Source of the DNA: Bdellovibrionales bacterium
GTDB lineage: Bacteria; Bdellovibrionota; Bdellovibrionia; Bdellovibrionales; CAYMLA01
Direction of reading: 5' to 3'
DNA: 64,000 bases
Assembly: GCA_965217115.1 (NCBI GenBank)
Contig: OZ244239.1
Coordinates: 608,001 to 672,000 of the forward strand
The position numbers were made by a program, and so were the translations under genes. Within the stretch, counting starts at the first letter, position 1; each line of letters starts with the position of its first letter. The notes below the pieces were generated by a model that was given only the letters and a program-made list of their open reading frames with translations, ran no database searches and was not told the DNA's origin. Positions 19,807-29,532 of the stretch are shown here, piece by piece.

Positions 19807-20867
19807 CCCTTCTCCTGTTTATCGGGTAACAACACATTAATTTTCATTTTTACATAAAAAACTGCACCTAAAAGGCCCCACATTAAACTCATCATTTGAA
19901 ACAACGTCATAATATTAGGGCCCACATCAGATTCAACTCCTGTTTGATGCTTAATCAAAAAATAAATAGCGGCTTGTCCAACTCCAATACCTGCTGGAGC
20001 TAGAGGGAGAGTCGTTGCCAAAAGAGCTAACGGCATCGCAAATAGATAAACAAATAAAGGAAAATGAGCCCCTGAACCCTCTGCCAAGCTTTCTGCAAGG
20101 TTCTCTCCCATTAATTCACCACCTAGGTAAAATGCAAATATAACTGGGCACAACTGTGACAATAAACTTAATAATACGCCCATTGAAATGACCCGAGGGT
20201 TTTTGCCATACAAGTGAAAGGCCATTAGTAACCTACAGAATCTATTAATCCAATATTTACTTTTTAACTTATTTCCACCGTTTTCTATAACGTTTTTTTT
20301 CAATATTGTACTCTCTAAATACCTGTAAACCCAGTTAGAGAAGCCCAAACCAGAGAAAAGAAGGATTGCTACCAAGAGCCCCAAAACTCCCCAAAAAAAG
20401 ACAGTCATCTCTCCTGTCTTCCAAATATGATTCCACTGATAAAACATCACTCCAAGGGCAAGTAAAAGCATAGCAACCAGACCAAACACCCGATCTATCA
20501 AAACTGTCATACCTGCATTGATCTTATGTTGAGGGTATTTTTTTATAATGTAATACCCTTTTATAACATCTCCACCGACTCCTCCTGGAACAGCAAAATT
20601 AAAAAACTGCCCTATAAGAGTCAAACGAAATACCTCTTTAAAAGAGAGGATTATGCCCTTTGAATCAAGTAAGATCTTCCAACGCCAGTTGTTCAAAACA
20701 AGTTGTAAAAAAACAAAAAAGGCACAAATCACCCCGCCTTTAACCGTTATTGTTTCAAAAAGAAAAGTAACATCCAACATTCCATTATTAAAGAGCCAAG
20801 TCATCAGACCAACGGCTATGACTAACTTCAATAACGAAGGAATAACTGCCTTTAATTTTTTTTTCAT
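19803..20867 (-). CDS. Lysylphosphatidylglycerol synthase TM / flippase-like membrane protein
   Basis: RW..LL, FFNFAVPGGVGGDVIK, DRVFGL, PLAPAGIGV. Confidence 0.85.
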   Translation of the reverse strand: MKKKLKAVIPSLLKLVIAVGLMTWLFNNGMLDVTFLFETITVKGGVICAFFVFLQLVLNNWRWKILLDSKGIILSFKEVFRLTLIGQFFNFAVPGGVGGDVIKGYYIIKKYPQHKINAGMTVLIDRVFGLVAMLLLALGVMFYQWNHIWKTGEMTVFFWGVLGLLVAILLFSGLGFSNWVYRYLESTILKKNVIENGGNKLKSKYWINRFCRLLMAFHLYGKNPRVISMGVLLSLLSQLCPVIFAFYLGGELMGENLAESLAEGSGAHFPLFVYLFAMPLALLATTLPLAPAGIGVGQAAIYFLIKHQTGVESDVGPNIMTLFQMMSLMWGLLGAVFYVKMKINVLLPDKQEKG

Positions 20868-21180
20868 CTAAACCTATACGCTTGTATCAAAATAAATTCA
20901 CCACATCGTTGTTGGTGATGGAGCATTGCACACGTTCATGGTGTTTTTTACTAAATAACGACGACTTCCCTTCAATTATCTCGCTAAAATAACCACAAGA
21001 GCCTTCTTCCGCCACTATTTCTAAAATGACGCTGCGCTCTGTTTTGTTGTGGCCCTCCACACTTTCAAAACACCTATGAACGACTCCACGATAGAGAGTA
21101 CAGAATCACCATAAAATAAGATATGAGCCTCTGTGAAAGAAATCCAAAAAAATAAATGTCGTATAAACAGTCAGAAAAAT

Positions 21181-21563
21181 ATCCCCAAACATATCACATC
21201 ATAATTAACAGCTAGATACGGGGCGCACTTTAAAATCACTTTTCACAGGCGTTCAAAGATAATCAAAAACCTACAAGAAGAACTTACTGTTAAAAAAAAA
21301 GGATATAAAACGGCTATAATAGATATTAAATTGGAAGGGTACAGACCTGATACTATCGTAAAAACCATTGATTTGATTTCTATTTTCTACATGCAATACA
21401 CTCTTAAAAAACGGGCTAGTACGACTTCTGTTATAATTATTGATTCCGCTATGGCACTGAGTGAAACAGTGAAACCCAGAAAACTTCTTTCTATACTTAT
21501 TAGTTTAGTACCATTTTAGGCTTTTTCTCATCTCTCACTCTTATTCTTATTCGTGAAGCATAG
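21181..21563 (+). pseudogene. Decayed Wzc/Wzz-like polysaccharide co-polymerase fragment
   Basis: The frame reads ITS*LTARYGAHFKITF..IIKNLQEELTV..TAIIDIKLEG..Y..ASTTSVIIIDSA..VKPRK, then frameshifts to ILGFFSSLTLILIREA*. This resembles the Wzc periplasmic region and TM2; there is an internal TAA at 21202-21204 and no kinase domain. Confidence 0.65.
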
Positions 21564-21592
21564 GCACAAAAATAAAAAAATCAAAGAAATCT

Positions 21593-22681
21593 TCAAACTG
21601 AGGCCAAAACTATTTTGGTCACTTTTTTTATATCTTCATAACTCAAATAAGGATGCATGGGTAAGCTCACTACTCTCTGTGCCACATCCTCAGCATTAGG
21701 TGTCGATACATTCCCATAGCCCATCTCCTGGTAAATAGGTTGTTTATGCAAGGGGATCGGATAGTGCACTGCTGTGGGAATTCCTTGCCTCTTCATATTC
21801 TCAATAAATTTCTCTCTATCTGGAACCTCAATAGTGTACTGAGCAAAGACTGACGTCCGTCCCTCCTTAATCAAAGGTGTCTTCACATGGTCTTGCAGAA
21901 GTTCAGTGTACCACTCGCCAACTTGAGCTCTTTTCTTAACCTCTTCAGGGAAAATTTCTAATTTACATAATAAAATGGCTGCTTGTAATGTATCCAAACG
22001 TCCATTAATTCCTATCAAAGTATGGGTGTATCTGGCTGACTGACCATGATTCACTAATTCTCTCAAAGTCTTAGCTAATTGATCGTCATTGGTAAAACAA
22101 GCACCTCCATCTCCATATCCAGCAAAGGGCTTAGATGGGAAAAAGCTTGTACAAGCAATGGTCGACAAACCACAAGATTTCTTATTTCCATACTCTGCTC
22201 CAAACGATTGTGCCCCGTCTTCTATAACAGGAATTCCATGCTTATTTGCAATAACGTTAATCCCATCCATATCAGAGCACTGACCATAGAGGCTCACAGG
22301 AATAATTGCCTTCGTTTTATCAGTGATTTTTTCTTCTATTTTTTTCCCATCAATATTATACGTGTCAGGCTCAATATCGACAAAAATAGCCTTAGCTCCT
22401 AGGAGAGAGATCACCTCCCCCGTCGCAAAAAATGTGAACGGTGTGGTGATAACTTCATCTCCAGATTTGACACCTAAAGCCAAGAGGGCCAACAAGAGAG
22501 CATCCGTGCCATTGGAGCACCCAATACAGTGCCTTACTCCCACATACGCACTGAGCTTCTTTTCCAATTCTCCAATTTCAGGCCCATTGATATACTGCCC
22601 ATGGGATAACACATCTTGAATTTTCTTGTCTATCTGGGGCTTAATCAGAGATTGCTGTGTTTTAAGATCTATAAAGTCCAT
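21593..22681 (-). CDS. DegT/DnrJ/EryC1/StrS sugar aminotransferase (WbpE-like)
   Basis: NGTDAL, PVSLYGQ, EDGAQSFGA, PLP-lysine motif SFFPSKP, NGRLDTLQAA. Confidence 0.92.
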   Translation of the reverse strand: MDFIDLKTQQSLIKPQIDKKIQDVLSHGQYINGPEIGELEKKLSAYVGVRHCIGCSNGTDALLLALLALGVKSGDEVITTPFTFFATGEVISLLGAKAIFVDIEPDTYNIDGKKIEEKITDKTKAIIPVSLYGQCSDMDGINVIANKHGIPVIEDGAQSFGAEYGNKKSCGLSTIACTSFFPSKPFAGYGDGGACFTNDDQLAKTLRELVNHGQSARYTHTLIGINGRLDTLQAAILLCKLEIFPEEVKKRAQVGEWYTELLQDHVKTPLIKEGRTSVFAQYTIEVPDREKFIENMKRQGIPTAVHYPIPLHKQPIYQEMGYGNVSTPNAEDVAQRVVSLPMHPYLSYEDIKKVTKIVLASV

Positions 22682-22781
22682 GATTCTCTCTCTTTTTTCA
22701 TATTGAGGTTACTTCTGAATAATTATAAGATAACTATGTCTAAAAACAAAATGAACTTTTCCTAAAAAAAGGATTTATACA

Positions 22782-24029
22782 GTGAGCCGTATTCTACAAA
22801 CCATTCTAGGCGGCACTTTTTTTCTTTATCTGTTTTCTCTCCCCCTATCTATAACGGGTCTAGAGATGTTTTCATGGCTCTCAGTCATTCTCTTCTGTTT
22901 TGCTCTTCTATTTAAAAACCCTTATTTTCTCGCCTCTTCAAAACAATTCAACTTTAAAAGGATATACTGGGCCCTTCCATTTATTGGAGTTATTCTGCTT
23001 GAGATATTCTTAGCCCCAAATATCCCAAAGAAACACCAATTCTATATCATCGGAGAACTCAGATGGGGTGTTCTTCTCTTTTTTCTTCCTGTGCTTTTAT
23101 TTCATTTTTGGAGTAAAGGAGAGAAAGTATTTTCAATTTTCTGTGCGATTCTCACATTGAGCGCTTCTTACGCTATTATACAGTCTTTCACAGGCCTTGA
23201 TCTACTCAGTGACTCCGACTATTTTCCCCTCAAGTCAGGAGGCCTATGGCGTGCGAAAGGTTTACTCGAAATCATGACCTATTCCCATTCCATCTCCATG
23301 CTATTTCTCTTTGTCTACTCTACCATTCTTCTGAATTGGGGGAATAAAAAGTGGCTTATTCCATGTGTGATTCTCATAGGAGTAAGCCTCGTTCTCACTT
23401 TCACCCGTGGCATGTGGTTATCACTCTCTATTGCTACAATTACAATCACCTTCATAGTTCATCGCCAGAAGGCCCTACATCTCATTGGAATTGGTGTAGG
23501 ATTAATCTCTGTTTTAGTGTTAACAGTTGATGAAATACAGCATCGTCTTTTACTCACATTTAATTTCTCTGATTCATCCACCTCCGCACGATTTCAGTTA
23601 TGGAAAGCCAATTGGAATATATTTCTCGATCACCCCTTCTTTGGAGTTGGGTTTCAACGGAATAAAGCCCATCTTCCCCAGTATTACAAATCTCTGGGAA
23701 TAGAAGACGGCATGATCAGCCACGCTCATAACAATTATTTCAGTGTTTTAGCTGGCACGGGACTTTTTGGCTTTATTGCTTATTTAGTATTTGCATTTGG
23801 CTTTTTTAAAATAGCCTCCTCTCTTTGGAGAAACCACCGTTGCCTGCCTCTCTTTGATCAGGTCATTGTTCTCGGAAGCCTCGGAGCATTGATTAATTTT
23901 CATATCGGTGGACTCACAGAGTGTAACTATTTAGATATAGAGGTGTTCCACACCTACATTATCGTTCTCAGCCTACTCATTGCCGTTCTCAATAGATACG
24001 AAAAACAAAGTAATTACAGTACTTTATAG
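22782..24029 (+). CDS. O-antigen ligase family protein (WaaL / O-oligosaccharyltransferase)
   Basis: Polytopic, with TFTRGMW, R..LW, HPFFGVG and HAHNNY. Confidence 0.88.
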   Translation: MSRILQTILGGTFFLYLFSLPLSITGLEMFSWLSVILFCFALLFKNPYFLASSKQFNFKRIYWALPFIGVILLEIFLAPNIPKKHQFYIIGELRWGVLLFFLPVLLFHFWSKGEKVFSIFCAILTLSASYAIIQSFTGLDLLSDSDYFPLKSGGLWRAKGLLEIMTYSHSISMLFLFVYSTILLNWGNKKWLIPCVILIGVSLVLTFTRGMWLSLSIATITITFIVHRQKALHLIGIGVGLISVLVLTVDEIQHRLLLTFNFSDSSTSARFQLWKANWNIFLDHPFFGVGFQRNKAHLPQYYKSLGIEDGMISHAHNNYFSVLAGTGLFGFIAYLVFAFGFFKIASSLWRNHRCLPLFDQVIVLGSLGALINFHIGGLTECNYLDIEVFHTYIIVLSLLIAVLNRYEKQSNYSTL

Positions 24030-24049
24030 AGCTTGTCATCATACCTATC

Positions 24050-25951
24050 TTGTCATACATTGGGCACATGCTTCATCGAGTCGATTCCCTTTTTCCGTCA
24101 CCCTATGCACGTCGAGCTATTATCATCGCTTATGATGCTCTCTGTATTCTATTGGCTTATTATTTAGCCTATGCTCTCCGTTTTGAATCCTTCTCTATCA
24201 CTGAATTTGATTCGCCTTTTTTTGTACAGAACTGCTTGTTCAACTTTTTTTTACAACTCTCTACTGTCGCTATCATGGGCATTCATAGAGGTCTATGGAG
24301 ATTTTCTAGCACCTCTGATCTCACTCTCATTATCAAAGCTGTCATTACAGCTATAACTATTTCCTTTGTAGGAACTTTTCTTCTAAATCGCCTGGAGGGC
24401 ACTCCTCGGTCAGTCTACCTTATCGACAGCTTACTGCTTATTATTTCTTTAAGTGGGGGCCGCTTTGCCTACAGAATATTTAAACAAAAATCTAATACAA
24501 AACACTCGAAAAATGCCATTCTTGTCGGCGCTGGTTTTGCTGGAGAACAACTCATCCGAGAATTTAAAAGAAACTCTCATAATATGGAGTACAACATCTC
24601 CTGCATATTAGATGATGATCCTAAAAAAATAAACAGCACCGTTCACGGAATTAAAATCAGAGGAATCATTGATGAACTCCCTAAATTTTGTGAAAAATAC
24701 CAGGCCCAACTCATCTTTATTGCAATTCCCTCTGCTTCTAATAACACCATCCGCCACATTTATTCTTTAGCTAAAAAAACTGCCATAAAGGTCCACACTC
24801 TCCCACCCATCACTGATCTCTTGAGTGGAAAAATCTCCTTTAAACAAATGCGTGAAGTACAGGTTGAAGATCTTGTCGGTCGTAATACTGTCGATCTCCA
24901 TATCAATAATATGGCTCACACTCACAGAGATAAAATCATTTTAATCACTGGTGCAGGAGGCTCTATTGGCTCCGAGCTTTGCAGGCAAGTTCTCAAATAC
25001 CACCCGCGAAAACTCATCATGGTAGATAATAGCGAGTTTAACATCTACAAAATAATCGAAGAATTCACTCCCTATGAGAACTCAACTAAATTGGAGTTCT
25101 TCACTGACAGTGTTTATGACCAGGAACTCATGGATACTATCTTCGATCAACACTCCCCTAATATAGTATATCATGCTGCCGCCTATAAGCACGTTCCTAT
25201 CATGGAGCAAAACCCCCTCTCAGCAATTAAAACAAATATTTTAGGAACATACATTATTTCTCGTTTGGCTGTAAGACATCATGTGGATAAATTCATTTTA
25301 ATTTCTACAGATAAGGCCGTCAATCCAACTAACATTATGGGCACAACAAAAAGAATCGCTGAGATGATCTGTGAGAAACAAAATATGGAGAAAAAAACGA
25401 CTTTCTCCATGGTTCGTTTTGGCAATGTGCTAGGAAGCTCAGGCTCTGTCATCCCCAAATTTAAAAAACAAATTGCTCAAGGTGGTCCTGTTACTGTCAC
25501 CCATCCTGAAGTCACCCGTTTTTTTATGACTATTCCAGAGGCCTCACAATTAGTTATTCAAGCAGGATGTCTTGCTAAGGGTGGTGAAATCTTTGTGCTC
25601 GATATGGGCACTCCCATCAAAATTGCTGATCTGGCCAAAGAGCTCATCAATCTAGCTGGTTACGAAGTCGACACTGAGATAGAGATAAAATACACAGGCC
25701 TTAAACCTGGAGAAAAACTCTACGAAGAGGTTTTATCTGACAGCGAGTCCACTCGCCCCACAACTCATACCATGGTTCGTGTCGCCCAGACACGTCCTCT
25801 ACCTGAGCAATTTGATAAACTATTTAAGGAAATTATTAATCTCCCACCAAAAATATCCAAAAATGAGACTCGACGTCTTCTCAAAGAACTTGTTACTGAG
25901 TACTCTCCACAGTATGACAGTCAAATTCTCGATCTATCAGGAGAAAACTAG
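24050..25951 (+). CDS. Membrane-anchored UDP-sugar 4,6-dehydratase (WbpM/PglF/CapD family)
   Basis: Four N-terminal TMs, GAGGSIGSE, HAAAYKHVP, STDKAVNPTNIMG, RFGNVLGS. Confidence 0.93.
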   Translation: MSYIGHMLHRVDSLFPSPYARRAIIIAYDALCILLAYYLAYALRFESFSITEFDSPFFVQNCLFNFFLQLSTVAIMGIHRGLWRFSSTSDLTLIIKAVITAITISFVGTFLLNRLEGTPRSVYLIDSLLLIISLSGGRFAYRIFKQKSNTKHSKNAILVGAGFAGEQLIREFKRNSHNMEYNISCILDDDPKKINSTVHGIKIRGIIDELPKFCEKYQAQLIFIAIPSASNNTIRHIYSLAKKTAIKVHTLPPITDLLSGKISFKQMREVQVEDLVGRNTVDLHINNMAHTHRDKIILITGAGGSIGSELCRQVLKYHPRKLIMVDNSEFNIYKIIEEFTPYENSTKLEFFTDSVYDQELMDTIFDQHSPNIVYHAAAYKHVPIMEQNPLSAIKTNILGTYIISRLAVRHHVDKFILISTDKAVNPTNIMGTTKRIAEMICEKQNMEKKTTFSMVRFGNVLGSSGSVIPKFKKQIAQGGPVTVTHPEVTRFFMTIPEASQLVIQAGCLAKGGEIFVLDMGTPIKIADLAKELINLAGYEVDTEIEIKYTGLKPGEKLYEEVLSDSESTRPTTHTMVRVAQTRPLPEQFDKLFKEIINLPPKISKNETRRLLKELVTEYSPQYDSQILDLSGEN

Positions 25952-25979
25952 TAATGACTTACATCATATTGGTTACATC

Positions 25980-26540
25980 GTGAAAAGATTTATTGATTTG
26001 TTATTGCTCATCCTAACTATTCCATTAACAGGAACATTAATCATTTTTCTAATTCCAATCATGAGGGTATCTTCAAGGGGGCCCATATTATTCTGGTCAG
26101 ACAGGGTTGGTCTTAATAATAAAATCTTTAGAATGCCTAAACTACGTACTATGAAGGTGAATGCGCCAGTCATCGCGACACATCTTATAAAGAATCCTGA
26201 CGAGCTTCTAACTCCTATTGGTGCCTTCCTGAGGTCATCTAGTTTAGATGAATTACCTCAACTATGGTGTGTCCTTATAGGTGAGATGAGTTTTGTTGGC
26301 CCAAGACCTGCCCTTTTTAATCAATATGATTTAGTTAATCTAAGAACACAACATGGCATTGACAAGGTCTTGCCTGGCTTAACTGGTTGGGCACAAATTA
26401 ATGGCCGGGATGAAATCTCGATACCTCAAAAAGTCAAACTTGACCTTTATTACAAGCAGAAGCAGTCAGTATTTTTTGATATGAAGATCATTTTAAAAAC
26501 GTTTCTCAATATTATTATAGCTCAAGATGTCTCACATTAA
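25980..26540 (+). CDS. Initiating sugar-1-phosphate transferase (PglC-like, small type)
   Basis: KRFID, KLRTM, SLDELPQL, MSFVGPRP, PGLTGWAQING; GTG at 25980 preferred. Confidence 0.92.
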   Translation: MKRFIDLLLLILTIPLTGTLIIFLIPIMRVSSRGPILFWSDRVGLNNKIFRMPKLRTMKVNAPVIATHLIKNPDELLTPIGAFLRSSSLDELPQLWCVLIGEMSFVGPRPALFNQYDLVNLRTQHGIDKVLPGLTGWAQINGRDEISIPQKVKLDLYYKQKQSVFFDMKIILKTFLNIIIAQDVSH

Positions 26541-26621
26541 AATGACCATACTCTCAGAACGATGTTTAAAAAATATAGTTTTTAGGAATTTGAAGATAAC
26601 TTTATTCAATCTAAACACGGC

Positions 26622-28103
26622 CTAGTTATCAATTCTTCTGCCATTCTCGGTATTAATAAATCTGTGGTTTAAATTTGATTCAAAAGGTAGGTCTTTTATA
26701 AATTTAGCTTTATCAAAAGAATCTAAAACATCTAAAGTCGTTTTTACAAACAAATCTATGGGAGATTCTTCGTTATTTACTGTTAAAGATTCAATTTTAA
26801 GTTTCTTCCTATCCTCTTTTAATGAATCGCTTACTTGAATTTCATCTAATAAAGAAAATAAATCTCCCTTATACAAATCAAAATAATATGCTGCACGAGA
26901 AAGGCTATTGTTATTCAAGAATTGATTTCTATCACTAAAAGTATCAATTAGTATATAGGGTTTTAGAGAGTACAGCCAGTCTCCCACAGTGCTCGAAATA
27001 TCAGACAAAAGACAGTCTGAAGAATTGATACAATCAGTAATATTTTCATAAGTTGAATCAAATTTGGAATGATTTACGACACAATGACCATTAGAAGTTT
27101 TTAACCCTTCTCGTTTATTGATTTTCAATAATATAGAAGCTATTTTATTTATTATTCGTACCTGAGAAAAATCTTTATAGGAATACGGATGAGGTCTAAA
27201 AATAATTCGGTAACTTTTTTTCAATAATATTCGAACAATTTTTTCTGCTTCATGGATAGATGTAAAATTACTTCCATTATCATAACCTGACCAAGTTGTT
27301 GTATAAAAAACCGTTCCTTTGAAGTTTTTGGAAGATAATACCGGAAATTTTTCAATAAGTACATCAGAACACTGGGGGCGACTGACAAATTTAAATTTGT
27401 ACTCTGGAATGTTAACTCCATTATATCTATAACGATCTTTAGCGGTTTTTCCACTAACAAATATGAAGTCATACATCTGAGAAACTGGATTATAACTTGG
27501 TGGCTTGTCACTCTCACCATGTAATAATTGAACATGAGTCAATTCACTGAATTTGACCATATGGGTATTGCACTCTGCATTGTTTACATAGAACACAGAC
27601 CTGAAACTATACTTCTTAATAGATTTTTCGATTTCTCGAATAGATCGACAAAGCAATACTGGTTCTTTTATCTGTTTAAAAAAGGAATAATAATAATATT
27701 TTCTCCGTAAAATAATCGCATAACTTTTATTCAGAAGCTTCAAATAAGGTAGCCACATCAGAACTTGTTGCTTACTATTTTCTGGGGCATCAAAATAAAT
27801 CACAAAATCCAATTTTTGCACCCGCACGCTTTTTTTTCCACTGTCTATTAGATAAAATTGCCATTTTTTTGTGAGCTTTTTTAACGGTAGCAAAAGAACT
27901 GACATATTATTTTTTATAAAGAAATAATAATATTTTAGAAAAACACGTAACCTTACTTCAAAAACGTCTAATAATACATATAACAGAAATGAAAAGTAAA
28001 TAAAATTAACTTCAATAGAGATAAAACTAAAGATAACAACAGCTAAAGATGCTATCAAAATAGCTAATACAAATTTAACAACCCAAAAGTTTTTAGTATC
28101 CAT
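26622..28103 (-). CDS. CDP-polyol:polyol-phosphate transferase, TagF/TarL-like (actinobacterial-style)
   Basis: N-terminal TMs, QVLMWLPYL, FYVNN, LHGESDKPPSYNP, TTWSG, FRPHP and LSDISS motifs. Confidence 0.72.
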   Translation of the reverse strand: MDTKNFWVVKFVLAILIASLAVVIFSFISIEVNFIYFSFLLYVLLDVFEVRLRVFLKYYYFFIKNNMSVLLLPLKKLTKKWQFYLIDSGKKSVRVQKLDFVIYFDAPENSKQQVLMWLPYLKLLNKSYAIILRRKYYYYSFFKQIKEPVLLCRSIREIEKSIKKYSFRSVFYVNNAECNTHMVKFSELTHVQLLHGESDKPPSYNPVSQMYDFIFVSGKTAKDRYRYNGVNIPEYKFKFVSRPQCSDVLIEKFPVLSSKNFKGTVFYTTTWSGYDNGSNFTSIHEAEKIVRILLKKSYRIIFRPHPYSYKDFSQVRIINKIASILLKINKREGLKTSNGHCVVNHSKFDSTYENITDCINSSDCLLSDISSTVGDWLYSLKPYILIDTFSDRNQFLNNNSLSRAAYYFDLYKGDLFSLLDEIQVSDSLKEDRKKLKIESLTVNNEESPIDLFVKTTLDVLDSFDKAKFIKDLPFESNLNHRFINTENGRRIDN

Positions 28104-28106
28104 TAA

Positions 28107-28823
28107 TTAAAGCCTTACTACGAGGTTTTCGCTATCAACAAATCGTCCCGTATCACTCAGTAGTAATTTAACTACGTCAGCAACATGCTCTGGCTGCATA
28201 ATAGTTGAAAAATCTTCATCTGGAGCTAAAGTTCTTCTTAAATTTGTCGCACATCGACCTGGAGAAATAGATGTTACACGGATGCCCAAAGGAAGAAGCT
28301 CCTCTCTTAAAGATTCACTCATCGCAATAAGAGCTGCCTTAGAACTTGAATAAGTTAACCATCCCCCACGCCCCTTAATACCAGCTGTAGAAGCAATATT
28401 TATAATGTGAGAAAATTTATTTCCTGCTTGTAATAGCTTTTGCACCATCAAGAAAGGAGCAAAGAGATTGACATCAATACTCTGTTTTAACTCTTCATAA
28501 TTTGCTTCAAAAATAGTTTTCGGAGAAGTAAACCCTGCATTATTAATTAAAATGTTAATATCTCTCTTTTCTGCAATGAGCTGATCTAAAAAAAAATGAA
28601 CTTCTTCATGGTTTCCCAAGTCACAGTGGACGGTCACCACTTCTTGTTGTGGCCTTGATTTGCGTTTGAGTTCAGAAACCAGGTTTTCAAAATCTTCTGA
28701 CTCTCTGGCTACTAATAGAATTTTTAAGGCTTCTTCTTTCAAAAACATCTGAGATAGAGCAGCACCTATGCCCCTAGATGCACCTGTAACCATAATTGTC
28801 TTTCCAGCAATATTTCCAGACAT
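28107..28823 (-). CDS. SDR oxidoreductase, probable ketose-phosphate reductase (Bcs1-like SDR domain)
   Basis: TGASRGIG, NNAG, catalytic YSSSK, GRGGW..YSS.KAA; TGATG coupling to the upstream gene. Confidence 0.8.
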   Translation of the reverse strand: MSGNIAGKTIMVTGASRGIGAALSQMFLKEEALKILLVARESEDFENLVSELKRKSRPQQEVVTVHCDLGNHEEVHFFLDQLIAEKRDINILINNAGFTSPKTIFEANYEELKQSIDVNLFAPFLMVQKLLQAGNKFSHIINIASTAGIKGRGGWLTYSSSKAALIAMSESLREELLPLGIRVTSISPGRCATNLRRTLAPDEDFSTIMQPEHVADVVKLLLSDTGRFVDSENLVVRL

Positions 28824-29506
28824 CAAGAACTCTTCCCCGAATCTGTAAGTAAAAACTCAGCAATATGAATATCTAATGGAGTCGTCACCTTTATATTTTT
28901 CTCAGATCCTTTTATAATTTGAACTCTTCCTCCGTTAGCAAACACTAAGGAGGCATCTTCAGTGTAATTTGCCCCCTCTTTCAAGGCCCTAACATGAGCT
29001 CTTCGAAGTTCGTCAGATGTGAATTTTTGCGGAAGCTGAACATTAATTAATCGATCTCTATCTAAAATTTCACTTATGCAGTTATTTTTTTTATCAGCCT
29101 CCAAAACAGTGAATGGAACTGGAAGTACATACGTTACATTCTGGACTGGATGTTCAATAAGATCAATGAACTCCTGTTCTGTCACCAAAGGACGAGCTGC
29201 TTCGTGTAATATTACAGTCTCAGTTGTACAAACATCAAGCATTCGGCGGACAGAATCTTGACGAGTTTGACCAGCTGACACAAACTCAATAGGTTTTTGG
29301 ATAGCGTATTTTGAAGTAAGATTTTGTAATTTATCTAACCAGCCGTCAGGGTAATTCACAACAATTTTGGTAATAGCATCGATATTACAGGCAATACGCA
29401 ATGAATATATAAAAAGAGGTATGGACTTTACTCTGATAAATTGCTTTGGGGTTTCACCGCCAATCCTTCGGCCAAGTCCACCATTAAGTAACAATAACGT
29501 TGCCAT
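28823..29506 (-). CDS. IspD/TarI-family polyol-phosphate cytidylyltransferase
   Basis: GGLGRR...PKQF, GQTRQDSV, HEAARP, QLPQKF, TEDAS, NIKVTTPLD. Confidence 0.9.
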   Translation of the reverse strand: MATLLLLNGGLGRRIGGETPKQFIRVKSIPLFIYSLRIACNIDAITKIVVNYPDGWLDKLQNLTSKYAIQKPIEFVSAGQTRQDSVRRMLDVCTTETVILHEAARPLVTEQEFIDLIEHPVQNVTYVLPVPFTVLEADKKNNCISEILDRDRLINVQLPQKFTSDELRRAHVRALKEGANYTEDASLVFANGGRVQIIKGSEKNIKVTTPLDIHIAEFLLTDSGKSS

Positions 29507-29532
29507 AAACACCTCGTAATTGCGTTATAACT

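Noticed and set aside
25779..25979. N-terminal extension of the sugar transferase overlapping the dehydratase gene
   Set aside because: Family similarity begins at the GTG at 25980 (KRFID); the overlap is an ORF-calling effect
28588..28596. A9 tract in the SDR gene, and similar tracts, as phase-variation switches
   Set aside because: Homopolymers of 8-9 nt are common throughout this AT-rich window and the frames are intact
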